Source: Paramoeba atlantica (taxonomy: Eukaryota > Protista > Discosea). Taken from it: 64,000 nt of DNA. Positions within the stretch are counted from its first letter, which is position 1, and each line of letters begins with the position of its first letter. The notes under the pieces were generated by a model. That model searched no databases, was not told the DNA's origin, and worked only from the letters and a program-made list of their open reading frames with translations. Positions 36,793 through 52,617 of this stretch are shown here, piece by piece. Where the stretch lies: assembly GCA_977017575.1 (NCBI GenBank), contig CDRNVI010000148.1:283041-347040 (forward strand), written 5' to 3'. Both the position numbers and the translations under genes were made by a program.

Positions 36793-37203
36793 ATTTTTGG
36801 TGATGTTCTTACTTCCTAGGAGTGCGTGTGTGGTCCTTTTTTGGACCAATCCAAACGTTTTTCTTTGGTGGAAAGAGCTGATTTTTTCAAGAAGAGTTTT
36901 GACTTCATCAAAGAAGGATTATCAGGAAATAGGCATCAATCGAGACTCTTCTTCGAATCTATGACCTCACTTGCTTTGTGAAATTCTACAATTCGTTTTC
37001 TCTTTTTTTCCTCATCTTCTATTCTCCTTCTTTGTAATTTATTGTGATCGATTATTTGTTAATTATTTATTGGTGCTATGGACAATAATATTATTGTTGT
37101 CTTATTTTCTCAACAAAAGGGACAATCGACGGTTCGTTGTGAACAATTTGCGTATTTTCGAATTTCAGCAGATGGTGAAGGTGAAGGTGGTGGGCTTGGA
37201 GAT
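36793..37203. repeat. ~410-bp direct repeat, right copy; includes Fsl fragment F (TM7/tail, to 36964)
   Basis: Aligns to 32024-32434; a short ttggtgatgttc duplication sits at the left junction (36779-36808). Confidence 0.95.
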
Positions 37204-37246
37204 GGGGGGGTTTTTCTCAGAGAAATAATGAAAAGGAGCGGTTGAT

Positions 37247-39566
37247 TTAGCCAGATGGTAATGGTGAAGGTGGTGGACTTGGAGATGGGGGATTTTGTCC
37301 TGGTTGGAGTGGTAGAGATTGAAAAGAGGTAACTTTTGCTCCATATTCTTTCTCATTGTACTGAACCACAATAAATCCTTCTTTGTTTTGGATAATTGGG
37401 GTGGTTACCACGTTCAAACTTCTTTTGACATTCGCTATCAATCGAACAGGAACTGGATTCTTGGTTTTCTCGAAAAATGCGAGTGACAAATCAGCACACC
37501 AAATGGAAGACCCTCTTTGATAAATCAAACGAACTCCTTCACTCATTGCAGTCAAACTTAACATTCTTCCAGAAAAATCAAAAACTTCATCAACAACAGA
37601 AGTTCCTGGCCAGGACAACTGCACTTCCCCTTTCTTTTGGACAGTACTTTCCAAACAAAAGTATTTCTTCTGATTCTCAATTCCAAACACCATCGATTGC
37701 ATTTTAAATCTGAAAATATAAAAAAAGAGTAAATCATTTTGTTGTTGTTGTTCTTCTATTTTAGATGTTTGGTTGGTTTGAAAGAATTTAAAATAAAAAA
37801 AAAAGAAAATGGAACCCGCTTTTAGTGGGAAATAAGAAATTTTGGAGTGGATCTAGTTTCCATGAGAGAACATGAAGTTCTCCTTTGGGAACAGAAAACC
37901 CAACTATTTGTTGTGGAGAACTATCACCAAGAATTACAGGATTTCCATAACTTCTCATTTGAAAGCTTTGAACACCATCATTTTCTTGAAAAGCTGCCAA
38001 AGTAAACATCTCATTCGCTTCCAATGAGAGACAAACTTTAAAATGAGTAATATTTCCAAAAACTAGTGCACTCTTTTTCCCATCTGTGTTTTCTGTTTTG
38101 TTTTTCAAAAATACAATTAATAATCTCAAATTGAAAAGATAATGTAAAAATCAAATCAAATCAAAATCAAAAAAAGAAAGAAAAAAAGAAGACCTGCAAG
38201 AGAATAAAAATCAAGTGATAAAAAGTTGTCGAAGAGCGAACGAAACTCAAGTTGTTTCGAAAATTCGTTGTTTTCATAAGTTTGAATAAGAATGTCCCAT
38301 TTTGAAGCAGTCTCATAATACCAAAATCCTGTCACAACACCATTCTCCTTTTTAAAAAAAAAAAACATTTCAACAAAAATGAAAAGAGAAAAATGAAGAG
38401 AAAAAAAAGAAAGAAGGAAAAAGAAAGAACTTGAAGGAGACCCAAACAACTGCTTTGAATCAAAGGTTCATCAATGGGGAAAACCACACTCATTGTTTCA
38501 ACCTTCTCACCCCTATTTTTGAATGAGTTAAAAAGCAATTTTGTGAAAAAGAGAGAAGAAAAGAGAGAAAAGAGAGAAAAGAGAGAAAAGAGAGAAAGAA
38601 AAAAACAAACTGAAATGACACTAAACAATTTTCAATTTGAGAGGAAGGTTCTCTCATTTCAGTGTGTTCTTTCATTTCAATATGGGAGAGAAAAAGAGAA
38701 CAAGAACAGGATGTACTTGTATAAAATAGAGCAACTTCCTCCTCATCAATCACCACACTCCCTGAGAAATTACATTCTCCGAATGCAAGTGGACCCAAAA
38801 ATGTTGGTACTGTTTCTCCATCCTCTTCTTCTTCTTCTTCTTCATCTTCCCCAAAATTATCAAATTCTTCTGGACATTCAATACAACTGTATGGTACGTC
38901 TCGTTGCTCCCGATCGTATTTAACCCAGGGAATTTTCCTCCCCAAATCAGCTTCTGCTTTTTCCCATACATCACGGCGACAATTTGACAAAGCTAAAAGG
39001 CTACTCTCGCGCGCTGGTTTGTACAGATTGTCCATGTAAACAGTTGGATCCATGAGCAACTCAGTGTTAATACTGTGGAGAGCGACTTCAAGGAAACGGC
39101 GGAGGTCTTCTGTTTTGTATGGTCCTCTGGAGCGACACGATCCAGTGCACCATTTTGGGTGCCAGACATTCTCTGAAATCAATGTCGAGCATCCAGGGAC
39201 ACAAGTGGGGCTTGGTCCAGGAGGACGACACCAGCTCGCAGAACCAGTACCCCCATCATTCGCGTAGTAACAGAAGAAATGATTGTTTTTCACATTCAAA
39301 ATAATACCAGCAGAACCTCCACCAAAAGGGATATTCACTTGATTGCACAGGGCACATGAGACATGGTCAGTTGTGAGATTGTTGACTGTCCAAGGTTTAT
39401 GGCTACTTTCTTGTCCATCGAAGGTGTGGGTGAGAACGCCAGCGTCTGCGAGTGTGGGAGCATCGACAGTCGCTGAGTATCTTACTTTGTTGAGGTAGTC
39501 AGCCAAATCTGAGGAAGCTAATGATATCAGGAGTGTTCCCACAACAACCACACTGAAAACATGCAT
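37247..39566 (-). CDS. Secreted protein copy 1: Cys-rich N-terminal domain, acidic linker, beta-rich (propeller-like) C-terminal region, Pro/Ser tail; 5 exons
   Basis: Signal MHVFSVVVVGTLLISLASS; exon junctions checked in frame (CA|g..ag|G, G|g..ag|AA, GG|g..ag|A). Confidence 0.8.
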
Positions 39567-39744
39567 CCCCTCTTTCTCTTCTCTTCCCTTTTCTCCCTTC
39601 CTTTTCTCTTCCCTTGTCTCTTTGCTCAAAAAACCCAAACCCAAAAAAAAGACACAGTTTTACAAAAAAGGAATTTGCCTAAAAAAGGAATATTCTCTCT
39701 TTTCTCTTCTCCACAGACATAAAATCAACAAGAGAAGAAGACGA

Positions 39745-39990
39745 AGAAGAAGAAAATAGAACAGAAAACGAGAAACTATTTGATGCTGTTCTGAAAGGAC
39801 GTATTCTTTCTTCAAAACAAGATTCAACGATTGGATGTAAACTTCCAAGACATGTTTTCTTAAACTCTATTCTTTTCTTTCTCTTTCCTCTTTTTCTTTT
39901 TTTTCTTGAAGATCAACATTGAACATGGATTCAATGTTGCTCTTCAAGATATTGTTTTGATTTTCTTCTTTGATTTTCTTTTTTCTTTTT
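39745..39990 (+). pseudogene. Relic of the ankyrin gene (exon 1 and part of one repeat exon)
   Basis: ENEKLFDAVLKG..ttcttcaaaacaagattcaacgattggatgtaaactt and gaacatggattcaatgttgctcttcaagatattgttttgatt match 45740-45830 and the repeat exons. Confidence 0.7.
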
Positions 39991-40187
39991 TTTATTTTGT
40001 TTTCTTCAAAAATAAAATTTTGTTCAAGGAGGAGCAGTTTCTCTTCTCCTTCTTTGTAATTTATTATGATCGATTATTTGTTCATTATTTATTGGTGCTA
40101 TGGACAATGATATTATTGTTGTCTTATTTTCTCAAATGAAAGGGGGCGATTGACGGTTTGTGGTGAACAATTTGGCTATTTTCGAAT

Positions 40188-42530
40188 TTAGTCAGATGGT
40201 GAAGGTGAAGGTGATGGTGATGGTGAAGGTGGTGGATTTTGTCCTGGTTGGAGTGGTAGAGATTGAAAAGAGGTAACTTTTGCCCCATATTCTTTCTCAT
40301 TGTACTGAACCACAATAAATCCTTCTTTGTTTTGGATAATTGGGGTGGTTACCACATTTAGACTTCTTTTGACATTCGCTATCAATCGAACAGGAACTGG
40401 ATTCTTGGTTTTCTCGAAAAACGGGAGTGACAAATCAGCACACCAAATGGAAGACCCTCTTTGATAAATCAAACGAACTCCTTCACTCATTGCAGTCAAA
40501 CTTAACATTCTTCCAGAAAAATCAAAAACTTCATCAACAACAGAATTTCCTGGCCAAGACAACTGTACTTCCCCTTTCTTTTGGCTGGTACTTTCCAAAC
40601 AAAAATATTTCTCCTGATTCTCAATTCCAAATACCATCGATTGCATTTTAAATCTGAAAATATAAAAAAAGAGTAAATCATTTTTTTGTTGTTGTTCTTC
40701 TATTTTAGATGTTTGGTTGGTTTGAAAGAATTTTTAAAGAAAAGAAAAAAGAAAAGAAAAAAAGAAAATGGAACCCGCTTTTAGTGGGAAATAAGAAATT
40801 TTGGAGTGGATCTAGTTTCCATGAGAGAACATGAAGTTCTCCTTTGGGAACAGAAAACCCAACTATTTGTTGTGGAGAACTATCACCAAGAATTACAGGA
40901 TTTCTGTAACTTCTCATTTGAAAGCTTTGAACACCATCGTTTTCTTGAAAAGCTGCCAAGGTAAACATCTCATTCGCTTCCAACGAGAGACAAACTTTAA
41001 AATGAGTGATATTTCCAAAAACTAGTGCACTCTTTTTCCCATCTGTGTTTTCTGTTTTGTTTTTTTTACAATTAAAATACAATTAATAATCTCAAATTGA
41101 AAAGATAATGTAAAAATCAAATCAAATCAAAATCAAAAAAAGAAAGAAAGAAAGAAGACCTGCAAGAGAATAAAAATCAAGTGATAAAAAGTTGCTGAAG
41201 AGTGAACGAAACTCAAGTTGTTTCGAAAATTCGTTGTTTTCATAAGTTTGAATAAGAATGTCCCATTTCGAAGCAGTCTCATAATACCAAAATCCTGTCA
41301 CAACACCATTTTCCTAAATTAAAAAAAACAAATCAACAAAAATGAAAAATAAATGAAAAGAAAATGAAGAGAAAAAAAAGAAAGAAGGAAAAAGAAGAAC
41401 TTGAAGGAGACCCAGACAACTGCTTTGAATCAAAGGGTCATCAATGGGAAAAACCACACTCATTGTTTCAACCTTCTCACCCCTATTTTTGAATGAGTTA
41501 AAAAGCAATTTTGTGAAAAAGAGAGAAGAAAAGAGAGAAAAGAGAGAAAAGAGAGAAAGAAAAAAACGAACTGAAATGACACTAAACAATTTTCAATTTG
41601 AGAGGAAGGTTCTCTCACTTCAGTGTGTTCTTTCATTTCAATATGAGAGAGAAAGAGAGAACAAGAACAGGATGTACTTGTATAAAATAGAGCAACTTCC
41701 TCCTCATCAATCACCACACTCCCTGAGAAATTACATTCTCCAAACGCAAGTGGACCCAAAAATGTTGGTACTGTTTCTCCTTCTTCTTCTTCTTCCTCCT
41801 CTTCTTCATCTCCAAAATTATCAAATTCTTCTGGACATTCAATACAACTGTATGGTTTGTCTCCTTTCTCCTTATCGTATTTAACTAATGGGATTTTCCT
41901 TCCCAAATCAGCTTCTGCTCTTTCCCACAAATCATGGCGACAATTTGACAAAGCTAGAAGGCTACTCTCGCGCGCTGGTTTGTACAGATTGTCCATGTAA
42001 ACAGTTGGATCCATGAGCAACTCACTGTTAATACTGCGGAAATTGACTTCAAGGAAATGGCGGAGGTCTTCTGTTTTGTATGGTCCTCTGGAGTGACACG
42101 ATCCAGTGCACCATTTTGGGTGCCATACATTGTTTCCAATCATTTTCGAGCACCCGGGGATACAAGTGGGGCTTGGTCCAGGAGGATGGCACCAGTTGTC
42201 AGAACCAGTACCCCCATCATCTGCATAGTAACAGAAGAAATGATTGTTTTTCACGTTCAAAATAAAACCAGCAGAATTACCACCAAAAGGATAATTATAT
42301 CGATTGCACAAGGCACATGAGATATGGTCATTTGAGCGATTGTTGACTGTCCAAGGTCCATGACCACCACCTTCTTGTCCATCGAAGGTGTGGGTGAGAA
42401 CGCCAGCGTCTGCGAGTGTGGGAGCATCGACAGTCGCTGAGTATCTTACTTTGTTGAGGTAGTCAGCAAAATCTGAGGAAGCTAATGATATCAGGAGTGT
42501 CCCCACAACAACCACACTGAAAACATGCAT
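40188..42530 (-). CDS. Secreted protein copy 2
   Basis: Same exon structure as copy 1; open. Confidence 0.8.
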
Positions 42531-42669
42531 CCCCTCTTTCTCTTCTCTTCCCTTTTCTCCCTTCCTTTTCTCCCTTTCCTTTTCTCTTCCTTTTCTCTTC
42601 CCTTGTCTCTTCCCTCAAAAAACCCAAACCCAAAAAAGGAATTTACCTAAAAAAGGGTTACTCGAAATG

Positions 42670-42760
42670 AAAACTGAAAAAAAGGATTGAATCTCTCTTG
42701 GTGGGGAAAAATATCAAAACAGCAGCTCAAAAAAATTGAAAACTCAATTTTGAGAGTTTG
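42670..42760 (+). pseudogene. Relic of the 3' end of the ankyrin gene
   Basis: aactgaaaaaaaggattgaatct..aaaatatcaaaacagcagctcaaaaaaattgaaaac matches 47561-47632. Confidence 0.65.
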
Positions 42761-43082
42761 AGATATCATATCCAAATATTTCAGCAAAGGAAAACAAGAA
42801 AAATAAATCCCAAAAACACCAACTCACAACTATATCTGAAAATACATCCTGCCACCTTTTACAAACAAAAAATCCAGAGATCAATTCTGTTAATTATTTA
42901 TTGATGTTATAAGTTACGAGAACAATACTTGTTGCTTCTCAATGAAATGGCTGGTTTGTGAAGAGTAATTTGGGTATTTTCAAATTTAACCAAAGAAGGT
43001 GGAGGTGGTGGGCTTGGAGATGGGGGAGTTTTTCTCAGAGAAATAATGAAAAGGAGCAGTTGGCAGTTTGTGGTGAACGAAT

Positions 43083-45412
43083 TTAGCCAGATGAAGGTGA
43101 AGGTGGAGGTGGTGGACTTGGAGATGGTGGATTTTTTCCTGGTTGGAGTGGTAGAGATTGAAAAGAGGTAACTTTTGCCCCATATTCTTTCTCATTGTAC
43201 TGAACCACAATAAATCCTTCTTTGTTTTGGATAATTGGGGTGGTTACCACGTTCAAACTTCTTTTGACATTCGCTATCAATCGAACAGGAACTGGATTCT
43301 TGGTTTTCTCGAAAAATGCGAGTGACAAATCAGCACACCAAATGGAAGACCCTCTTTGATAAATCAAACGAACTCCTTCACTCATTGCAGTCAAACTTAA
43401 CATTCTTCCAGAAAAATCAAAAACTTCATCAACAACAGAAGTTCCTGGCCAGGATAACTGCACTTCCCCTTTCTTTTGGACAGTACTTTCCAAACAAAAG
43501 TATTTCTTCTGATTCTCAATTCCAAACACCATCGATTGCATTTTAAATCTGAAAATATAAAAAAATTAAATCATTTTTTTGTTGTTGTTCTTCTATTTTA
43601 GATGTTTGGTTGGTTTGAAAGAATTTAAAATAAAAAAAAGAAAAGAAAAAAAGAAAATGGAACCCGCTTTTAGTGGGAAATGAGAAACTTTGGAGTGGAT
43701 CTAGTTTCCATGAGAGAGCATGAAGTTCTCCTTTGGGAACAGAAAACCCAACTATTTGTTGTGGAGAACTATCACCAAGAATTACAGGATTTCCATAACT
43801 TCTCATTTGAAAGCTTTGAACACCATCATTTTCTTGAAAAGCTGCCAAAGTAAACATCTCATTCACTTCCAACGAGAGACAAACTTTAAAATGAGTGATA
43901 TTTCCAAAAACTAGTGCACTCTTTTTCCCATCTGTGTTTTCTGTTTTGTTTTTCAAAAATACAATTAATAATCTCAAATTGAAAAGATAATGTAAAAATC
44001 AAATCAAATCAAAATCAAAAAAAGAAAGAAAAAAAGAAGACCTGCAAGAGAATAAAAATCAAGTGATAAAAAGTTGTCGAAGAGCGAACGAAACTCAAGT
44101 TGTTTCGAAAATTCGTTGTTTTCATAAGTTTGAATAAGAATGTCCCATTTCGAAGCAGTCTCATAATACCAAAATCCTGTCACAACACCATTCTCCTAAA
44201 TTAAAAAAAAAAAACATTTCAACAAAAATGAAAAGAGAAAAATGAAGAGAAAAAAAAAGAAAGAAGGAAAAAGAAAGAACTTGAAGGAGACCCAAACAAG
44301 TGCTTTGAATCAAAGGTTCATCAATGGGAAAAACCACACTCGTTGTTTCAACCTTCTCACCCCTATTTTTGAATGAGTTAAAAAGCAATTTTGTGAAAAA
44401 GAGAGAAGAAAAGAGAGAGGAAAGAGAAAAGAGAGAGAAAGAAAAAAACGAACTGAAATGACACTAAACAATTTTCAATTTGAGAGGAAGGTTCTCTCAC
44501 TTCAATGTGTTCTTTCATTTCAACACGAGAGAGAAAGAGAGAACAAGAACAGGATGTACTTGTATAAAATAGAGCAACTTCCTCCTCATCAACCACCACA
44601 CTCCCTGAGAAATTACATTCTCCAAACGCAAGTGGACCCAAAAATGTTGGTACTGTTTCTCCATCCTCTTCTTCTTCTTCTTCTTCTTCTCCAAAATTAT
44701 CAAATTCTTCTGGACATTCAATACAACTGTATGGTTTGTCTCCTTTCTCCCGATCGTATTTAACTAATGGGATTTTCCTCCCCAAATCAGCTTCTGCTCT
44801 TTCCCACAAATCATGGCGACAATTTGACAAAGCTAGAAGGCTACTCTCGCGCGCTGGTTTGTACAGATTGTCCATGTAAACAGTTGGATCCATGAGCAAC
44901 TCACTGTTAATACTGCGGAAATTGACTTCAAGGAAACGGCGGAGGTCTTCTGTTTTGTATGGTCCTCTGGATTGACACGATCCAGTGCACCATTTTGGGT
45001 GCCATACATTGTTTCCAATCATTGTCGAGCATCCAGGGATACAAGTGGGGCTTGGTCCAGGAGGATGGCACCAGTTGTCAGAACCAGTACCCCCATCATC
45101 TGCATAGTAACAGAAGAAATGATTGTTTTTCACGTTCAAAATAAAACCAGCAGAACCCCCACCAAAAGGAATATTATGTCGATTGCACAAGGCACATGAG
45201 ATATGGTCATTTGAGCGATTGTTGACTGTCCAAGGTTTATGACCACCATTTTCTTGTCCATCGAAGGTGTGGGTGAGGACGCCAGCGTCTGCGAGTGTGG
45301 GAGCATCGACAGTCGCTGAGTATCTTACTTTGTTAAGGTAGTCGGCAAAATCTGAGGAAGCTAACGATATCAGGAGTGTTCCCACAACAACAACCACACT
45401 GAAAACATGCAT
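43083..45412 (-). CDS. Secreted protein copy 3
   Basis: Same exon structure as copies 1 and 2; open. Confidence 0.8.
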
Positions 45413-45726
45413 CCCCTCTTTCTCTTCTCTTCCCTTTTCTCCCTTCCTTTTCTCCCTTTCCTTTTCTCTTCCTTTTCTCTTCCCTTGTCTCTTCGCTCAA
45501 AAAAAAACCCAAACCCAAAAAAAGACACAGTTTTACAAAAAAGGAATTTACCTAAAAAAGGAATATTCGTTTTTCTCTCTTTTCTCATCATCACCAGAAA
45601 TCTCCCCACAGACATAAAATAATCAAGAGAAGAAGACGACTCTTTCTCGTCACAACACACGCAGAGTCGAAAAAACCCCCGTGGAAAGGAAAAAACAAGA
45701 AAAACAACATACATCAAGAAAAGAAG

Positions 45727-45894
45727 ATGGATAAAACAGAAAACTTATTGAAGCGATTGAGAAAGGAGATGAAGAACTTGTCGAAGTTCTTCTTCAAAAC
45801 AAGACTCAACAATTGGATGTAAACTTTCGAGATGAGGTTTTCAAAACCTGTTTTTTCTCTCTTTTTTTCTTTCTCCTATTTTTCTTTCTCCTTT

Positions 45895-45962
<68 letters not shown>

Positions 45963-47633
45963 GAAGTTTGTTTCTTTGTTGTTAAGTATGGAGGGACCCC
46001 TCTTCAGTTTGCTGTTCAGAAAGAAAGTAAACAAATGATGAAAATTCTTCTTGAACACGGATCCAATGTCGATCTTCAAGATAATGTTTTGATTTTTCTT
46101 ATTTTCTTTTTCTTTTCTTTTTGTTTTCTCATCTTTATTTGTTTGTTGTAAGAACCTCAAATTAGTTGAGATGGAGTGGTGAAGAGGGTGAGAAATGGTT
46201 GTGATGATATTTGTTTTGTTCTTTTTTTTGATTCTTCTTTTTGTTTTCAGGGTGGATGGACTGCTCTTCACAGTGCTGCTTCCAGTGGTTGGGAAGATAT
46301 TGTGAAGACTCTTCTTGAACATGGATAAAATATTGATCTTCAAGATAATGTTTTGATTTTTCTTTTTTTTTTTCTATCTGTTTTTCTCATTTTTATTTTG
46401 TTTGGTTTTTCTGATGTGATGGGGAGAGGTGAGGGTGCGAGATGGTTGTGTGTGATGAAAATTGTTTTATTCTTTTTTTGATTTTTTTTTTTGGTTAAGG
46501 TTGGAGGGACTGCTCTTCACATCGCTGCTTTCAAAGGTTCTGAAGAAGTTGTGAAGATTCTTCTTGAACAAGGATCCAACATTGATCTTCAAGATGATGT
46601 TTTGATTTTTCTTTCTCTCTTTATATCTGCTTTTCTCATTTTTATTTGTTTGGTTTTTTCTGATGTGATGGGAGTGAGAGTGAGGTGGTTGTGTGATGAT
46701 GAAAATTGTTTTGTTCTTTTTTTGATTCTTCTTTTTGTTAAGTGTGGTCAGACCGCTCTTCACTTTGCTGCTTTCAATGGTTATGAAGAAACTGTGAAAA
46801 TTCTTATTGAACACAGACCTGATGTCGATCTTCAAGATGATGTTTTGATTTCTTTAATTCTCTTTTTCTTTTCTTTTTGTTTTTTCAAATTTACTTGTTG
46901 TTGTTTGAATCTCAAATTAGTTGAGATGGAGTGGTGAGAGACGGTTGTGATGATAATTGTTTTGTTTTCTTCACTTTTTTTAAAAACTTCTTTTTGTTTT
47001 AAGGGTGGATGGACAGTTCTTCACAGAGCTGCTTTCCGTGATAGTGAAGATATTATGAAGATTCTTATTGAACATGGATCCAACATCGATTTTCAAGAGA
47101 GAGTTTTGATTTTGATTTTGATTTTCTTTTTCTCATTTTTATTTGTTGTTGTTCTTGATCTGATGGGAGGGTAAGATGGTTGTGTGATCAATTGTTTTGT
47201 TCTTTTAAAACTTCTTTTTGGAAAGAATGGATGGACAGTTCTTCACATAGCTGCTTCCAAAGGTTTTGAAGAAATTGTGAAGATTCTTCTTGAACATGGA
47301 TCCAACTTTCGCCTTCAAAATAATGTTTTGATTTTCTTCTTTTTTTTCCAGTTTTATTTGTTTTTACTGTTTGATTGTTATTGTTGTGAATTGGGGGGAG
47401 TGTGGAGTGATTCTTTTTTGAACTTTCTTTTTTGTTTAGGAAGGGAAAACAGCCTTTGATATTGCACTAAATGAAAGAATTGTTGAACTGATTACCAAAT
47501 TTGAAGAATGGGTTGATTTAAGTTTTTCTTCCTCTTTTTCTTTTTCATTTTAATTTGGGAAACTGAAAAAAAGATTGAATCTTTGTTGTAGGGCAAAAAT
47601 ATCAAACCAGCAACTCAAAAAAATGAAAACTAA
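45727..47633 (+). pseudogene. Ankyrin-repeat gene with one 99-nt exon per repeat; apparent frameshift near the start and an in-frame stop in one repeat exon
   Basis: Exons 45987-46085, 46251-46349 (TAA at 46326-46328), 46500-46598, 46743-46841, 47004-47102 and 47226-47324 are each 33 aa (G.T.LH.A..). Cap exon 47440-47511, terminal exon 47592-47633. The ATG at 45727 is one base out of frame with KLIEAIEKGD. Confidence 0.8.
45897..45961. repeat. (TTTC)n microsatellite, intronic
   Basis: Direct reading. Confidence 0.95.
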
Positions 47634-47710
47634 ACTCTGAGAGAGAGAGAGTTGAGGAAAGAACTTTCAGAGCATCAGAAAGCGACACTCACAAATTCAA
47701 TCATTGCCAA

Positions 47711-47784
47711 AAACTTTATGAAAGTTCATCCAATAAACTTTATGAAAGTTTATCCAATAAACTTTATGAAAGTTTATCCAATAA
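47711..47784. repeat. 24-bp tandem repeat x3 (aaactttatgaaagtttatccaat) with an internal inverted repeat
   Basis: Direct reading; taaacttt-atg-aaagttta is a perfect hairpin. Confidence 0.9.
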
Positions 47785-47949
47785 AATTGTTTTTGTTCCC
47801 TTGAAAAAGAAAGAACTGAAAACAAAAAGACAGTGCAACAAACAACAAAATTATTTTCGAAAAATTGAAATTTTTATCGCAGTTTTAAAATTTTTGTTTT
47901 TGTTTCTCTTCTCTTTTTCTGTTGTTTGTTTGTGTTTCTTTTGAGAAGA

Positions 47950-52589
<4,640 letters not shown>

Positions 52590-52617
52590 CTCCCAATAAT
52601 AATAATTTAATGAATTA

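Noticed and set aside
47711-47784. CRISPR-like palindromic repeats (also 35838-35895)
   Set aside because: No unique spacers, only 2-3 units, no cas genes, and a eukaryotic context.
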